Counted from the stretch's first letter, positions 53,011 to 62,763 are shown. The stretch: 64,000 nucleotides of DNA from Kordiimonadaceae bacterium (GCA_017640725.1 JAEPQB010000003.1:544704-608703), one strand, 5' to 3'. The notes: a model not told the origin generated them from the sequence alone. A program made the numbers and translations.

Positions 53011-53640
53011 TTACTCTGCCTCAGCCCCGGATTCTCTTGTGCTGTAGACTTCATCGATAATACCAAACTTCTTGGCTTCCTCTGCGCTCATGAAGGTGTC
53101 ACGATCCATAGCAGCTTCAACTTTCGCCAGTTTTTGACCGGTATGCTTAACGTAAATCTCATTCAGTCGTTTGCGCATGTTCAGGATTTCTTTGGCCTGA
53201 ATTTCGATGTCAGCCGCCATGCCCTGAGCACCGCCAGAGGGTTGATGGATCATCACTCGCGAATTCGACAAAGCGTAACGCATGCCAGGCTCGCCGCCGG
53301 CCAGCAGTAAAGAGCCCATCGAGCAAGCTTGTCCGATACAGATCGTCGCCACTTTCGGGCGGATGTATTGCATCGTGTCGTACATGGCCAAGCCACTCGT
53401 GACGACACCACCTGGAGAGTTGATGTAAAAGGAGATGTCCTTCGATGGATCTTCAGCTTCCAGATAGAGAAGCTGCGCAACCACAAGACTTGAGACTGTA
53501 TCATCAACCTGACCGGTCAAAAACACGATACGTTGCCTCAAAAGCATGGAATAAATATCAAACGAGCGCTCACCCCGATTGGTTTGTTCCACAACCATCG
53601 GCACCAAGGCGTTGGTGAACTCACTCATAATATCTTTCAT
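53011..53640 (-). CDS. clpP: ClpP proteolytic subunit
   Basis: YINSPGG, GQACSMG and MIHQPSGG. Confidence 0.98.
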   Translation of the reverse strand: MKDIMSEFTNALVPMVVEQTNRGERSFDIYSMLLRQRIVFLTGQVDDTVSSLVVAQLLYLEAEDPSKDISFYINSPGGVVTSGLAMYDTMQYIRPKVATICIGQACSMGSLLLAGGEPGMRYALSNSRVMIHQPSGGAQGMAADIEIQAKEILNMRKRLNEIYVKHTGQKLAKVEAAMDRDTFMSAEEAKKFGIIDEVYSTRESGAEAE

Positions 53641-53749
53641 GCGGAACTCCTGTTGAAGTGGTTACTCGTTACCGGCGCGAGTGGCCATTTTTTGAAGCTG
53701 TAGCAAGCCCCCGATTGGGTCGCAAGCTAATATGCCAGTTGGCACGTAA

Positions 53750-53777
53750 ATGTGGGGCACTTCTGTAATTTTTAAAG
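53750..53777 (-). promoter_or_regulatory. Possible sigma32-type promoter of clpP
   Basis: Minus strand: CTTTAA-N14-CCCCACAT. Confidence 0.55.
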
Positions 53778-53779
53778 TC

Positions 53780-53811
53780 AAAAAAAGAAGGGAGCCGTTA
53801 GGGCCCCCTTC
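53780..53811 (-). terminator. Terminator after tig
   Basis: Minus strand: GAAGGGGGCC-CTAAC-GGCTCCCTTC followed by T7. Confidence 0.85.
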
Positions 53812-53834
53812 CACATCCAACAATTGTTGGAATT

Positions 53835-55355
53835 TTACTTGTCTGCCGCTTTTTTGGCAGTTGCCTTTTTAGCTGCTGGCTTCTTAGCTGGCGCTTTTTT
53901 TGCTGCAGCTTTTTTAGGAGCCGCTTTCTTGGCAGGTGCTTTTTTCGCTGCCGCTTTTTTTGCTGCAGGCTTTTTCTTTTCCTTGCCTTTGCTCGGATTT
54001 GCCTCTTCCTCATCGAGAGCACGAACAGCAGCTTCCAGATCGTCCCGGCTAACTGACTTGTCGGTCAGGTCCGCCTGCTCGATCACAAAGTCCACAACTT
54101 TCTCTTCAAAGATGGGCGCGCGAAGCTGCGCACGTGCTTCTTCGTTATTCTGGAAGTATTCAAACACTTGCGCTTCTTGACCTGGGAAACGACGCGCTTC
54201 TTCGATTACGCGGCGATTAACTTCTTCCTGAGTGACTTCAACATTGTTGGCAACACCAATCTCAGAGAGCAGCAAACCCAGACGCACGCGACGTTCAGCA
54301 ATCGCTCGGAATTCATCGGCTTCTTCTTTGTCAGAAGGCTCATCCATACCGTCAAAGTCTTCGACCTTCGCTTCACCAGACTGGATGGCGTCGCGCTTAA
54401 TTTGTTCCCAAATCTGTGCGAACTCGAGATCAACCATGCCCTTGGGCACTTCAAAGCTGTACTCTTCAGCCAGCGCATCAAGAAGACCGCGCTTCAGGTG
54501 CGCACGTGTCAGGCCTGTATTATCGGCTTCCAACTGGCCTTTTACGCTTTCACGAAGACCTGCAAGGTCTTCAAAGCCCATGTTCTTGGCAAGATCGTCA
54601 TCAATCTTTGCTTCAGAAGGTTTGCGAACCTCTAGAACATCAACAGTAAATTCAGCTGCTTTGCCTGCCAAATGCTCCGCCTGGTATGGCTCTGGGAAAG
54701 TAACTTCAACAACTTTGTTGTCACCGGCTTTTGAGTCTACCAGCTGTTCTTCAAAACCTGGGATGAACATGCCTGAGCCAAGTTCCAGCTGGAAGTCTTC
54801 ACCGGCACCGCCTTCGAACTCTTCACCGTCTACACGACCAACATAGTTGATCAAAACGGCATCGCCTTCTTTTGCTTTTGCCGTTTTTGCAGCTTTCTTG
54901 AAAGACTTTTGCTGGCTAGCGATGCGTTCTACGAAACCATCAATAGCGGCATCATCGATGTCTGCGACCCAGCGTTCGAGCGCAGGTGCTTTAAAGCCGT
55001 CTACGCTGATTTCTGGCAGAACTTCAACTGTAAGGGTGTATTCAAGATCTTTGCCTGCTTCAAAGTCGCCTTCCATGTCGACTTCGGGACGAAGTGCCGG
55101 CTTCAGGTTCTTCTCTTCGAAAAGCTTTGCAGATGTTTCCTGCATTGTTTCCTGCAGAAGCTGGCCCTGAGCGCGCTCGCCGTGCATGCGGCGCAACAAG
55201 GACAAAGGCGCTTTGCCAGGACGGAAGCCTTTAATATTAGCTGTAGCGCGAAATTCAGTGAGGATAGCGTCTAAGCGCTCGTCGAGGTCTTTGGCTGAAA
55301 CGGTGACTTTATATTCGTGCTTCAGGCCTTCAACCTGCAGTTCTTCGATCTGCAT
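53835..55355 (-). CDS. tig: Trigger factor with K/A-rich C-terminal tail
   Basis: Ribosome-binding GFRPGKAP, FKBP domain (FEGG...LGSGMFIPGFEEQL), AERRVRLGLLL. Confidence 0.97.
   Translation of the reverse strand: MQIEELQVEGLKHEYKVTVSAKDLDERLDAILTEFRATANIKGFRPGKAPLSLLRRMHGERAQGQLLQETMQETSAKLFEEKNLKPALRPEVDMEGDFEAGKDLEYTLTVEVLPEISVDGFKAPALERWVADIDDAAIDGFVERIASQQKSFKKAAKTAKAKEGDAVLINYVGRVDGEEFEGGAGEDFQLELGSGMFIPGFEEQLVDSKAGDNKVVEVTFPEPYQAEHLAGKAAEFTVDVLEVRKPSEAKIDDDLAKNMGFEDLAGLRESVKGQLEADNTGLTRAHLKRGLLDALAEEYSFEVPKGMVDLEFAQIWEQIKRDAIQSGEAKVEDFDGMDEPSDKEEADEFRAIAERRVRLGLLLSEIGVANNVEVTQEEVNRRVIEEARRFPGQEAQVFEYFQNNEEARAQLRAPIFEEKVVDFVIEQADLTDKSVSRDDLEAAVRALDEEEANPSKGKEKKKPAAKKAAAKKAPAKKAAPKKAAAKKAPAKKPAAKKATAKKAADK
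53838..53978 (-). repeat. Histone-H1-like PAKK/AAKK repeats at the trigger factor C-terminus
   Basis: [47 protein letters not shown] (47 aa). Confidence 0.9.
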
Positions 55356-55415
55356 GATTTACGTCTCTCTTTACCAATTGGCCCAGAGCTGCGATTGCCG
55401 CGCTCCGGGGAATGT

Positions 55416-55500
55416 TGGTGCGGGCGGAGGGACTTGAACCCCCACGTCCGAAGACACTAGAACCTAAATCTAGCGCGTCTACCAATTTCGCCACGCCCGC
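55416..55500 (-). tRNA. tRNA-Leu(TAG)
   Basis: Anticodon arm CTAGA-TTTAGGT-TCTAG, long variable arm, CCA encoded. Confidence 0.97.
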
Positions 55501-55504
55501 AAAC

Positions 55505-55612
55505 CAAACAGCATCCATCCAAGCCAATTGGCTTGTGTGATGAACACCTATATAAATGTAGTGGATAGTCCACTGCAGCCTACAGGCGGAATGACGCCCG
55601 TAACGCTGTTTG
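55505..55612 (-). ncRNA. Candidate structured leader RNA 5' of tRNA-Leu
   Basis: A 10-bp closing stem (55612-55603 with 55514-55505) encloses three hairpins. It begins at the predicted TSS of the promoter at 55619-55646. Confidence 0.35.
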
Positions 55613-55618
55613 CAGGGG

Positions 55619-55646
55619 CTTATAGCAGGCGCGCCGCAGAGCACAA
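55619..55646 (-). promoter_or_regulatory. Sigma70 promoter for the tRNA-Leu/tig transcript
   Basis: TTGTGC-N16-TATAAG. Confidence 0.6.
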
Positions 55647-55699
55647 GCCTTTTATGCACTAGTTGGGAGAAAACCCTAATTTTGGTGATTAACTGCCGC

Positions 55700-57211
55700 C
55701 TAAGGAAGCACTTTTGGAATAACTTGTAGTAAATCAGAAGCCAGCAACCCCCTGCCCGCGCTCATGCCAGCTTCACCGTGAACCCAAACACCGGCCGAGG
55801 CGGCTTCGAATGCAGGCATACCCTGAGTCATCAAGCCACATATCATGCCTGACAGAACATCTCCAGTTCCACCGACTGATAACCAAGATGGGGCATTGGT
55901 TGCAACACTGGCCCGACCATCGGGTGCCGCCACAATCGTTGAGACACCTTTAAGCACAACAACAGCATTTGTCTCTTTCGCAGCGTTTTTCACTGCCTCG
56001 AGACGATCTTCGGTAAAAGAAATGTTGGGAAAAAGCTTCGCAAATTCTCCCTCGTGAGGTGTAAGCACTACTTCAGGTGATTTGAGCTCTTTGATCAGGT
56101 CAACACGGCCAACAAGGCTAGCCAGAGCATCAGCATCAAGGACCAACGACTTATTCTTTGCGCCCACTTGCTTAACCAGGTCCACTGTTTTTTCGCCGCG
56201 ACCGGCGCCCGGCCCCACCAATACGGACCGAATACGAGGGTCGTTAACAATACCCATAAACCCAAAAGCACTGTCGAACCTGCGAACCATGACATCCATC
56301 AACGCAGACGCCTGCACGGCATAAGTTTCGGTCGGTGCTGCCAAGGTAACTAATCCTGCTCCGACACGAAGTCCGGCAAGGCTAGCCAATCGAGAGGCTC
56401 CCAAAGTGGGTTCCTTACCGCCGAGCACCAACATATGACCGCGGCCATACTTATGGGTCTGGGGGCCTGAAAAAGGGAAAGACTGCCCCCAAAGTGATGG
56501 CACATTTTCATAGTCGGTTGGCATTTCGCCGTTTAGTGTATCGGCAGGGATACCAATATCTGCGACGTGAATATTTCCATTGCCGCCACAAAAATAACGA
56601 CCCGGAACAATGGTATGCCCAGGTTTTTTAAAGTTAAACGTGACTGTTGCACCGGCTTCGACACAAGCGCCTAATGGGCGCCCGGTGTTGGCACACAGTC
56701 CAGATGGCAAGTCGGCTGATAGAACAAAGGTCTCCGAAGCGTTCATGGCTTCTACCACATTGGCCATTTCACCTTCAATTGGCCGGGCTAACCCGGTGCC
56801 AAACAGACAGTCAACAATAGCAGAGGCATTCTTGAAGCCCGTGGTTGACAGGGGCTCCACTTCCCCGCGCCACTTGCCTGCCGCTTTTTTGGCGTCACCT
56901 TTCAACTCGCTGGGCAGATGACTACACCGCAACGAAACGGGATAACCCCACTCTTCAAGGTAGCGTGCCGCGACAAAACCATCGCCACCATTGTTGCCAG
57001 GTCCGCATAAAACGATGATGGTTCCACCCGCCTCAAGCGGTGTCCCAATATAATCGGTAAGCATGTCAGCCACACTTTTACCTGCGGCTTCCATCAGAGC
57101 CGTACCAGCAATTCCTCCTGCGATGGCCCGCTTATCAAGCTCGCGAGACGACGCTGTATCCAACAGGACGTGCGAAGGTCTGTTCATTGTTACCGCCACG
57201 GCTCCCCCCAA
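55700..57211 (-). CDS. nnr: Bifunctional NAD(P)HX epimerase/dehydratase (YjeF)
   Basis: LMEAAG, CGPGNNGGDG, DCLFGTGL, HKYGRG, LDADAL, LTPHEGEF and GGTGDVLSG. Start may be ATG 57187. Confidence 0.95.
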   Translation of the reverse strand: MGGAVAVTMNRPSHVLLDTASSRELDKRAIAGGIAGTALMEAAGKSVADMLTDYIGTPLEAGGTIIVLCGPGNNGGDGFVAARYLEEWGYPVSLRCSHLPSELKGDAKKAAGKWRGEVEPLSTTGFKNASAIVDCLFGTGLARPIEGEMANVVEAMNASETFVLSADLPSGLCANTGRPLGACVEAGATVTFNFKKPGHTIVPGRYFCGGNGNIHVADIGIPADTLNGEMPTDYENVPSLWGQSFPFSGPQTHKYGRGHMLVLGGKEPTLGASRLASLAGLRVGAGLVTLAAPTETYAVQASALMDVMVRRFDSAFGFMGIVNDPRIRSVLVGPGAGRGEKTVDLVKQVGAKNKSLVLDADALASLVGRVDLIKELKSPEVVLTPHEGEFAKLFPNISFTEDRLEAVKNAAKETNAVVVLKGVSTIVAAPDGRASVATNAPSWLSVGGTGDVLSGMICGLMTQGMPAFEAASAGVWVHGEAGMSAGRGLLASDLLQVIPKVLP

Positions 57212-57282
57212 CGACAGTTTAAGCCTCTGCCTTGGTAATTTATGGAAAACCCGGAGAGCGCCTAGAATCGGCGCAGTGTAGC

Positions 57283-57308
57283 AAAAGAAAAAAGCCCCGA
57301 AAGGGGCT
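57283..57308 (-). terminator. Terminator after tRNA-His
   Basis: Minus strand: AGCCCC-TTTC-GGGGCT followed by TTTTTCTTTT. Confidence 0.8.
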
Positions 57309-57329
57309 AATCGAAAAAAATCTTCAGAA

Positions 57330-57407
57330 TGGGGCGAGTGACCGGATTCGAACCGGCGACATCCAGCACCACAAGCTGGCGCTCTAACCTACTGAGCTAC
57401 ACCCGCC
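57330..57407 (-). tRNA. tRNA-His(GTG) with encoded G-1 and C73
   Basis: Anticodon arm CCAGC-TTGTGGT-GCTGG. 3' end CACTCGC-C-CCA. A G precedes G+1. Confidence 0.96.
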
Positions 57408-57527
57408 GCATCTCTGAAGGTGCGCCGTTTTATTCCGAATGATCGTGCAACGTCAAGCCGCAAAATAGCAATTTTTCGTCAATCAAGAGGCTGGCTTGAG
57501 TATCTTGATGATGCTGAAACAATCAAT

Positions 57528-57544
57528 TGCACAAAAAATAGGCA
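57528..57544 (+). promoter_or_regulatory. Possible NtrC-binding site upstream of glnB
   Basis: TGCAC-AAAAAAT-AGGCA, a partial match to TGCAC-N7-GTGCA about 80 bp upstream of the -24 element. Confidence 0.45.
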
Positions 57545-57619
57545 CAGCAACTCATCCGAAGGCGACAGAAACGATGGAAAAATGCCCCAAATCCAACCTA
57601 TTCCGCGTTAGCTCGTAAT

Positions 57620-57635
57620 TGGCACAAAGCCTGCT
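57620..57635 (+). promoter_or_regulatory. Sigma54 promoter of glnB-glnA
   Basis: TGGCAC-AAAGC-CTGCT with exact GG-N10-GC spacing. Confidence 0.8.
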
Positions 57636-57640
57636 AATAG

Positions 57641-58009
<369 letters not shown>

Positions 58010-58044
58010 GCTACACAATAGATTTTTTAAAGGGAAGAAGGACT

Positions 58045-59469
58045 ATGCCAAAATTTAAGGACCTAAACATCGAGAGTTTTCTCGAACTTGTGAAGGAAAC
58101 AGGCGCCGAGTGGGTTGACCTGCGTTTCACAGATCCAAAAGGCAAGTGGCAGCATCTGACGATGTGCGCGGACGTTGTCGATGAAGACATGTTGACAGAT
58201 GGCATCATGTTTGACGGTTCATCCATCGCTGGATGGAAAGCCATCAACGAGTCTGACATGATTTTGATGCCTGATCTCGGTTCTGCAACACTCGATCCGT
58301 TTACAGCAGATGTAACAGTCGTTCTTTTCTGTGATATTCTTGAGCCGTCTACGGGTCAGCCGTACGGCCGCGATCCACGCTCCACGGCCAAAAAAGCAGA
58401 AGCCTACCTTAAATTCTCTGGCGTGGGTGATACGGCCTACTTTGGCCCAGAGCCTGAGTTTTTCGTGTTTGACGACGTTAAATTCAACGTTGGCTACAGT
58501 GGCGCATCTTATGAAATCGATGATATCGAAGGTCCTTACAACAGCAACAAAAGTTATGCCGAAGGCAATTACGCGCACCGTCCTCGTGCCAAAGGCGGCT
58601 ACTTTCCTGTTGCACCTGTTGACAGCTGCGTAGATCTGCGCGGCGAAATGGTCAAGGTCATGAAAGAAATGGGCCTTTCCATGGACAAGCACCATCACGA
58701 GGTTGCAGCAAGTCAGCATGAGCTGGGCATTACATTCGACACTTTGACGTCAACCGCAGACAATGTTCAGGTGTACAAGTATGCAGTGCATCAAGTGGCG
58801 CACACCTATGGCAAAACTGCCACATTCATGCCGAAGCCAGTCGCTGAAGACAACGGTTCAGGCATGCACACGCATATGTCCATTTGGAAAGAAAGCAAGC
58901 CAACGTTTGCAGGTAGCGGATACGCTGACTTGTCAGAAACGGCACTTTATTACATCGGTGGCATCATCAAACACGCCAAAGCGATCAATGCTTTCACCAA
59001 CCCATCTACCAACAGTTACAAACGCCTGACACCAGGGTTCGAAGCGCCGGTTCTGCTTGCATACTCCAGCCGTAACCGTTCAGCATCCTGCCGTATTCCT
59101 TATACTGCAAGCCCTAACGCAAAGCGTGTGGAGGTGCGTTTCCCTGATGCGACAGCCAATCCATATTATGCGTTTGCAGCTATGCTGATGGCGGGTCTTG
59201 ATGGCATTGAAAACAAGATCCATCCTGGTGACGCAATGGACAAAGATTTGTACTCATTGCCGCCAGAGGAACTCAAAGGCGTTCCAACTGTTGCAGGTTC
59301 CCTCCGTGAAGCACTCGAAGCACTTGACGCAGACCGCGAGTTCTTGAAACGCGGTGACGTGTTTAGCGATGACCAAATTGACGCTTACCTTGAACTCAAA
59401 TGGGAAGATGTAACGCGGTTGGAACTCACGCCGCATCCTGTCGAATTCGATATGTATTACAGCGCGTAA
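58045..59469 (+). CDS. glnA: Glutamine synthetase type I
   Basis: FDGSSI, GPEPEFF, HHHEVA, NGSGMH, RNRSA, EVRFPD and adenylylation-site DLY. Confidence 0.98.
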   Translation: MPKFKDLNIESFLELVKETGAEWVDLRFTDPKGKWQHLTMCADVVDEDMLTDGIMFDGSSIAGWKAINESDMILMPDLGSATLDPFTADVTVVLFCDILEPSTGQPYGRDPRSTAKKAEAYLKFSGVGDTAYFGPEPEFFVFDDVKFNVGYSGASYEIDDIEGPYNSNKSYAEGNYAHRPRAKGGYFPVAPVDSCVDLRGEMVKVMKEMGLSMDKHHHEVAASQHELGITFDTLTSTADNVQVYKYAVHQVAHTYGKTATFMPKPVAEDNGSGMHTHMSIWKESKPTFAGSGYADLSETALYYIGGIIKHAKAINAFTNPSTNSYKRLTPGFEAPVLLAYSSRNRSASCRIPYTASPNAKRVEVRFPDATANPYYAFAAMLMAGLDGIENKIHPGDAMDKDLYSLPPEELKGVPTVAGSLREALEALDADREFLKRGDVFSDDQIDAYLELKWEDVTRLELTPHPVEFDMYYSA

Positions 59470-59488
59470 TACGGTCAAATATTAGCTG

Positions 59489-59521
59489 AAAAAAGGCTCC
59501 TGATACCGGGAGCCTTTTTTT
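59489..59521 (+). terminator. Terminator after glnA
   Basis: AAAAAAGGCTCC-N8-GGAGCCTTTTTTT. Confidence 0.85.
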
Positions 59522-59631
59522 ATTGTATTTTTACACGAACTTTTCTGAAGGCGTTTACTTTTTCGAAACAGCTGGCTACTAGTGTTGATGTGGGGTCGAC
59601 GGAAAACAGCGGGTAGCGAGAACGCACTTTA

Positions 59632-60168
59632 ATGATTGTCGAGTACACAGCCGAACAACAAAAAATCCAGCCTCAGCTGGCCGCGGCCAACATTAATCCA
59701 GACAGTTTTCTGGCAACCGACTACCTCAATCACTTCAATGAAATCGTGATGTTGATGGAGATGATTCCTGACATGCCTGAACTCATTGAAGAAGCAATAG
59801 AATGGGCACCAAAAACTTACGACCAGCATTTCGAAGAAAGCGGATTCCAGGCGAAAGATTTAGCTATCGAAGCCTACAAGCTGGCGCCGCCTGTATTCAA
59901 AACTCCCTTTGAAAAAACCTGTGATGAAATGCAGGGAATTATTCAGAGCACGTTGAACGGCTTAGTGGCAGTGAACGTTGTAGAGCGCGGCATGTCCCCA
60001 GCAGCTCAGCAACTTATCAGGGGGCGCATAGAAAACCTTCAATCACACCTGATGATTCTTAATCAATTGATCCACGGAAAAATTGAGGACGCCCCTCCTG
60101 CTCCGCAAGACGAGGCACCTCAAGAAGAAGTGCAGTCCCAAGAAGACATTGACAAGCTGTTTGATTGA
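59632..60168 (+). CDS. Hypothetical helical protein with CheZ/FliM-like C-terminal motif
   Basis: 178-aa ORF with a candidate promoter TTTACT-N17-TACTAG (59554-59582). Core NINPDSFLATDYLNHFNE, a P/E-rich linker, then QSQEDIDKLFD. Confidence 0.75.
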   Translation: MIVEYTAEQQKIQPQLAAANINPDSFLATDYLNHFNEIVMLMEMIPDMPELIEEAIEWAPKTYDQHFEESGFQAKDLAIEAYKLAPPVFKTPFEKTCDEMQGIIQSTLNGLVAVNVVERGMSPAAQQLIRGRIENLQSHLMILNQLIHGKIEDAPPAPQDEAPQEEVQSQEDIDKLFD

Positions 60169-60197
60169 TGTCGGACAAGACAAGTGCTTTGACGGTA

Positions 60198-60482
60198 TCA
60201 GGTGCGCACGAACTCTTCTGTATCGGATAGTGCAGAAACTGAAACAATCTTCATCAAATCAGGATGGTTCTCGCGACTCAGGCGCACCAATGGGTATCGA
60301 CTGGACGTAACCTCCATCACATTCTCAACGACCCAAACCGGAGCACCACTTGTGCTTTGCGCGTACCTATCACCTACAGACGGCGTTTCAGTCGCCATCA
60401 AATCCTGAGGGCCATTGAAATTCGCACCAGAGAGCGAACCCGTCATCCGGTGCCACATTGATGCTGCGAAAGATTGCGTCAT
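60198..60482 (-). CDS. Small hypothetical protein with a beta-rich C-terminal domain
   Basis: 94 aa, GAGAAAGG SD upstream of ATG, fills an otherwise empty gap. Confidence 0.6.
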   Translation of the reverse strand: MTQSFAASMWHRMTGSLSGANFNGPQDLMATETPSVGDRYAQSTSGAPVWVVENVMEVTSSRYPLVRLSRENHPDLMKIVSVSALSDTEEFVRT

Positions 60483-60713
60483 GCTTTTGCCTTTCTCACC
60501 CCGTCATGACCGTAGACGAAGTTTCTTTCACAATGATTAACGACAAGCAGTGTAATCGCTAAACCACGCGTTGAATTAGCATATATTGTGTCGATGTGCA
60601 AACCGGCGCATATATATGGGTGTGTTTGGGAATTCTTCGAGGTGTTGTGCTGATTGCTTGACGCCTGCCCAACGGCAAGTTACCTCTAGCAAATCAACAG
60701 CATGGGTGAGGCA

Positions 60714-62690
60714 ATGAGCGACCTGTTTGAAGTATCGCAGACCAAAACTGATTATTCCGCAAAAGACATTGAAGTTCTGGAAGGTTTGGAACCCGTTCGG
60801 CAGCGTCCCGGCATGTATATCGGAGGAACCGATGAGCGAGCTCTCCATCATTTGGTGGCTGAGGTCCTGGACAACTCCATGGATGAGGCGGTTGCCGGCC
60901 ATGCCAGCAGAATAAACGTCAGCCTTCATGAAGATGGGTCAATTTCTGTTAGTGATAATGGGCGTGGTATTCCAATTGATCCACATCCGAAATTTCCTGA
61001 AAAGTCAGCGCTCGAAGTTATCTTAACCACACTGCATTCAGGCGGAAAATTTAGCTCGGATGCCTATGCAACGTCTGGCGGTTTGCACGGCGTGGGGGTT
61101 TCGGTCGTCAATGCGCTCTCGGAATGGCTGTCGGTCGAAGTGGCACGTGACAAGAAGCTGTTTCGCCAGAATTTTGCTCGAGGACTATCCCTTGGCAAAC
61201 TCGAAGACATGGGTGCTGTTGCTAACAGGCGAGGCACAAAAGTAAGCTTTTTGCCTGACCATGAAATCTTCGGGAAAAAGGCCAAACTGAAGCCTGCCAG
61301 GGTGTATGCCATGGCACGCTCCAAGGCATACCTGTTTCGCGGAGTTGAAATTCGTTTTCGGTGCGCTCCTGGCCTTATTGCCGATGGAGATGAAACACCA
61401 GCTGAAGCAACACTACATTTCCCTGGCGGCCTCGCAGATTATTTGGGAGACACCCTAAAGAAGCGCACCTGCGTAACTGAGGAACCCTTTGCGGGGCACA
61501 CTTCCTTTCCAGATGAGCAAGGTCGTGTGGAGTGGGCCATTCACTGGCCAGAGTTTGGTGATGGATTTTCAAACAGTTACTGTAACACCATACCAACACC
61601 TCTAGGTGGCACTCATGAGACCGGGCTTAGAACTGCACTGCTGCGTGGCTTGAAAGCCTACGCAGATGTGGCGGGCAATAAGAAAGCTTCCAATTTAATC
61701 CTGGACGATGTGTGTGGCTCTTCCTGCAGCATGCTGTCTGTTTTCATTCGCGAACCTCAGTTTCAGGGTCAAACAAAAGACAAACTATCGACCCCGGAAG
61801 CTCAACGTTTGACAGAGAATGCCGTTCGAGATGCGTTTGACCATTGGCTTGCGGACCACCCTGACAGAGCAAATGGCCTTCTGACCTGGGCATTAGAACG
61901 TCTTGAGGAGAGGCTTCGTCGCCGCCAAGAAAAGGAAATTCAGCGGAAAACAGCCGTAAGCAAACGCAAATTGCGTCTGCCGGGCAAACTTACTGATTGC
62001 TCCAGCGACGAGTCTGAAGGCACTGAGATTTACATCGTGGAAGGTGACAGTGCGGGCGGTTCTGCCAAGCAAGCACGGGATCGAAAAACACAAGCGATCC
62101 TTCCAATACGCGGTAAAATTCTAAACGTCGCGTCCGCCACTCGGGACAAGATAGCAGCGAACCAGGAAATCCGGGATCTGATCCAGGCATTGGGTTGCGG
62201 AACTCGTGACCACTATGACGAGGAAGCGCTCCGGTACGAAAAAGTTATCATCATGACAGATGCAGATGTTGATGGTGCTCACATTGCAACTTTGCTCATG
62301 ACCTTCTTTTTTCAAGAAATGCCTGGCCTTGTTCGAGATGGACGACTTTATTTGGCGCAACCTCCCCTTTTCCGCCTTGCCAAAGGCGGGACCGTTTTTT
62401 ATGCGCGAGATGACGCACACAAAGACGAACTTATGGCGACGGAGTTTAAGGGAAAAAGCAATGTCGAGCTGAGCCGATTCAAGGGCTTGGGTGAAATGCC
62501 GCCAGCACAACTTAAAGAGACAACTATGGCACGGGAAAACAGAACCCTGCTGAGAGTAACGTTGCCACCCGAATACGCTGAACGTGCTCAAGTAAATTCC
62601 CTGGTTGATGATTTGATGGGCAAGAAACCGGAAAAACGCTTCGAGTTTATCCGAGATAATGAAGCCGATCTTGAAGCGTTAGACATCTAG
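60714..62690 (+). CDS. parE: DNA topoisomerase IV subunit B
   Basis: EGLEPVRQRPGMYIG, EVLDNSMDEA, LHSGGKF, VEGDSAGGS, MTDADVDG and RFKGLGEM. Lacks the long GyrB insert. Start ATG 60714 (GAGG SD) or 60702. Confidence 0.95.
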   Translation: MSDLFEVSQTKTDYSAKDIEVLEGLEPVRQRPGMYIGGTDERALHHLVAEVLDNSMDEAVAGHASRINVSLHEDGSISVSDNGRGIPIDPHPKFPEKSALEVILTTLHSGGKFSSDAYATSGGLHGVGVSVVNALSEWLSVEVARDKKLFRQNFARGLSLGKLEDMGAVANRRGTKVSFLPDHEIFGKKAKLKPARVYAMARSKAYLFRGVEIRFRCAPGLIADGDETPAEATLHFPGGLADYLGDTLKKRTCVTEEPFAGHTSFPDEQGRVEWAIHWPEFGDGFSNSYCNTIPTPLGGTHETGLRTALLRGLKAYADVAGNKKASNLILDDVCGSSCSMLSVFIREPQFQGQTKDKLSTPEAQRLTENAVRDAFDHWLADHPDRANGLLTWALERLEERLRRRQEKEIQRKTAVSKRKLRLPGKLTDCSSDESEGTEIYIVEGDSAGGSAKQARDRKTQAILPIRGKILNVASATRDKIAANQEIRDLIQALGCGTRDHYDEEALRYEKVIIMTDADVDGAHIATLLMTFFFQEMPGLVRDGRLYLAQPPLFRLAKGGTVFYARDDAHKDELMATEFKGKSNVELSRFKGLGEMPPAQLKETTMARENRTLLRVTLPPEYAERAQVNSLVDDLMGKKPEKRFEFIRDNEADLEALDI

Positions 62691-62763
62691 CAACACTGTC
62701 ACATAAATACCCCAACCCCTTTAATTATGCGGAATGTCTGTTACTGCGCGTTGTCGGCAGTCG

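Noticed and set aside
60624-60638. GTTT-N7-CTTC upstream of parE as a LexA box
   Set aside because: It has two mismatches in eight positions, which is too weak to call without binding data.
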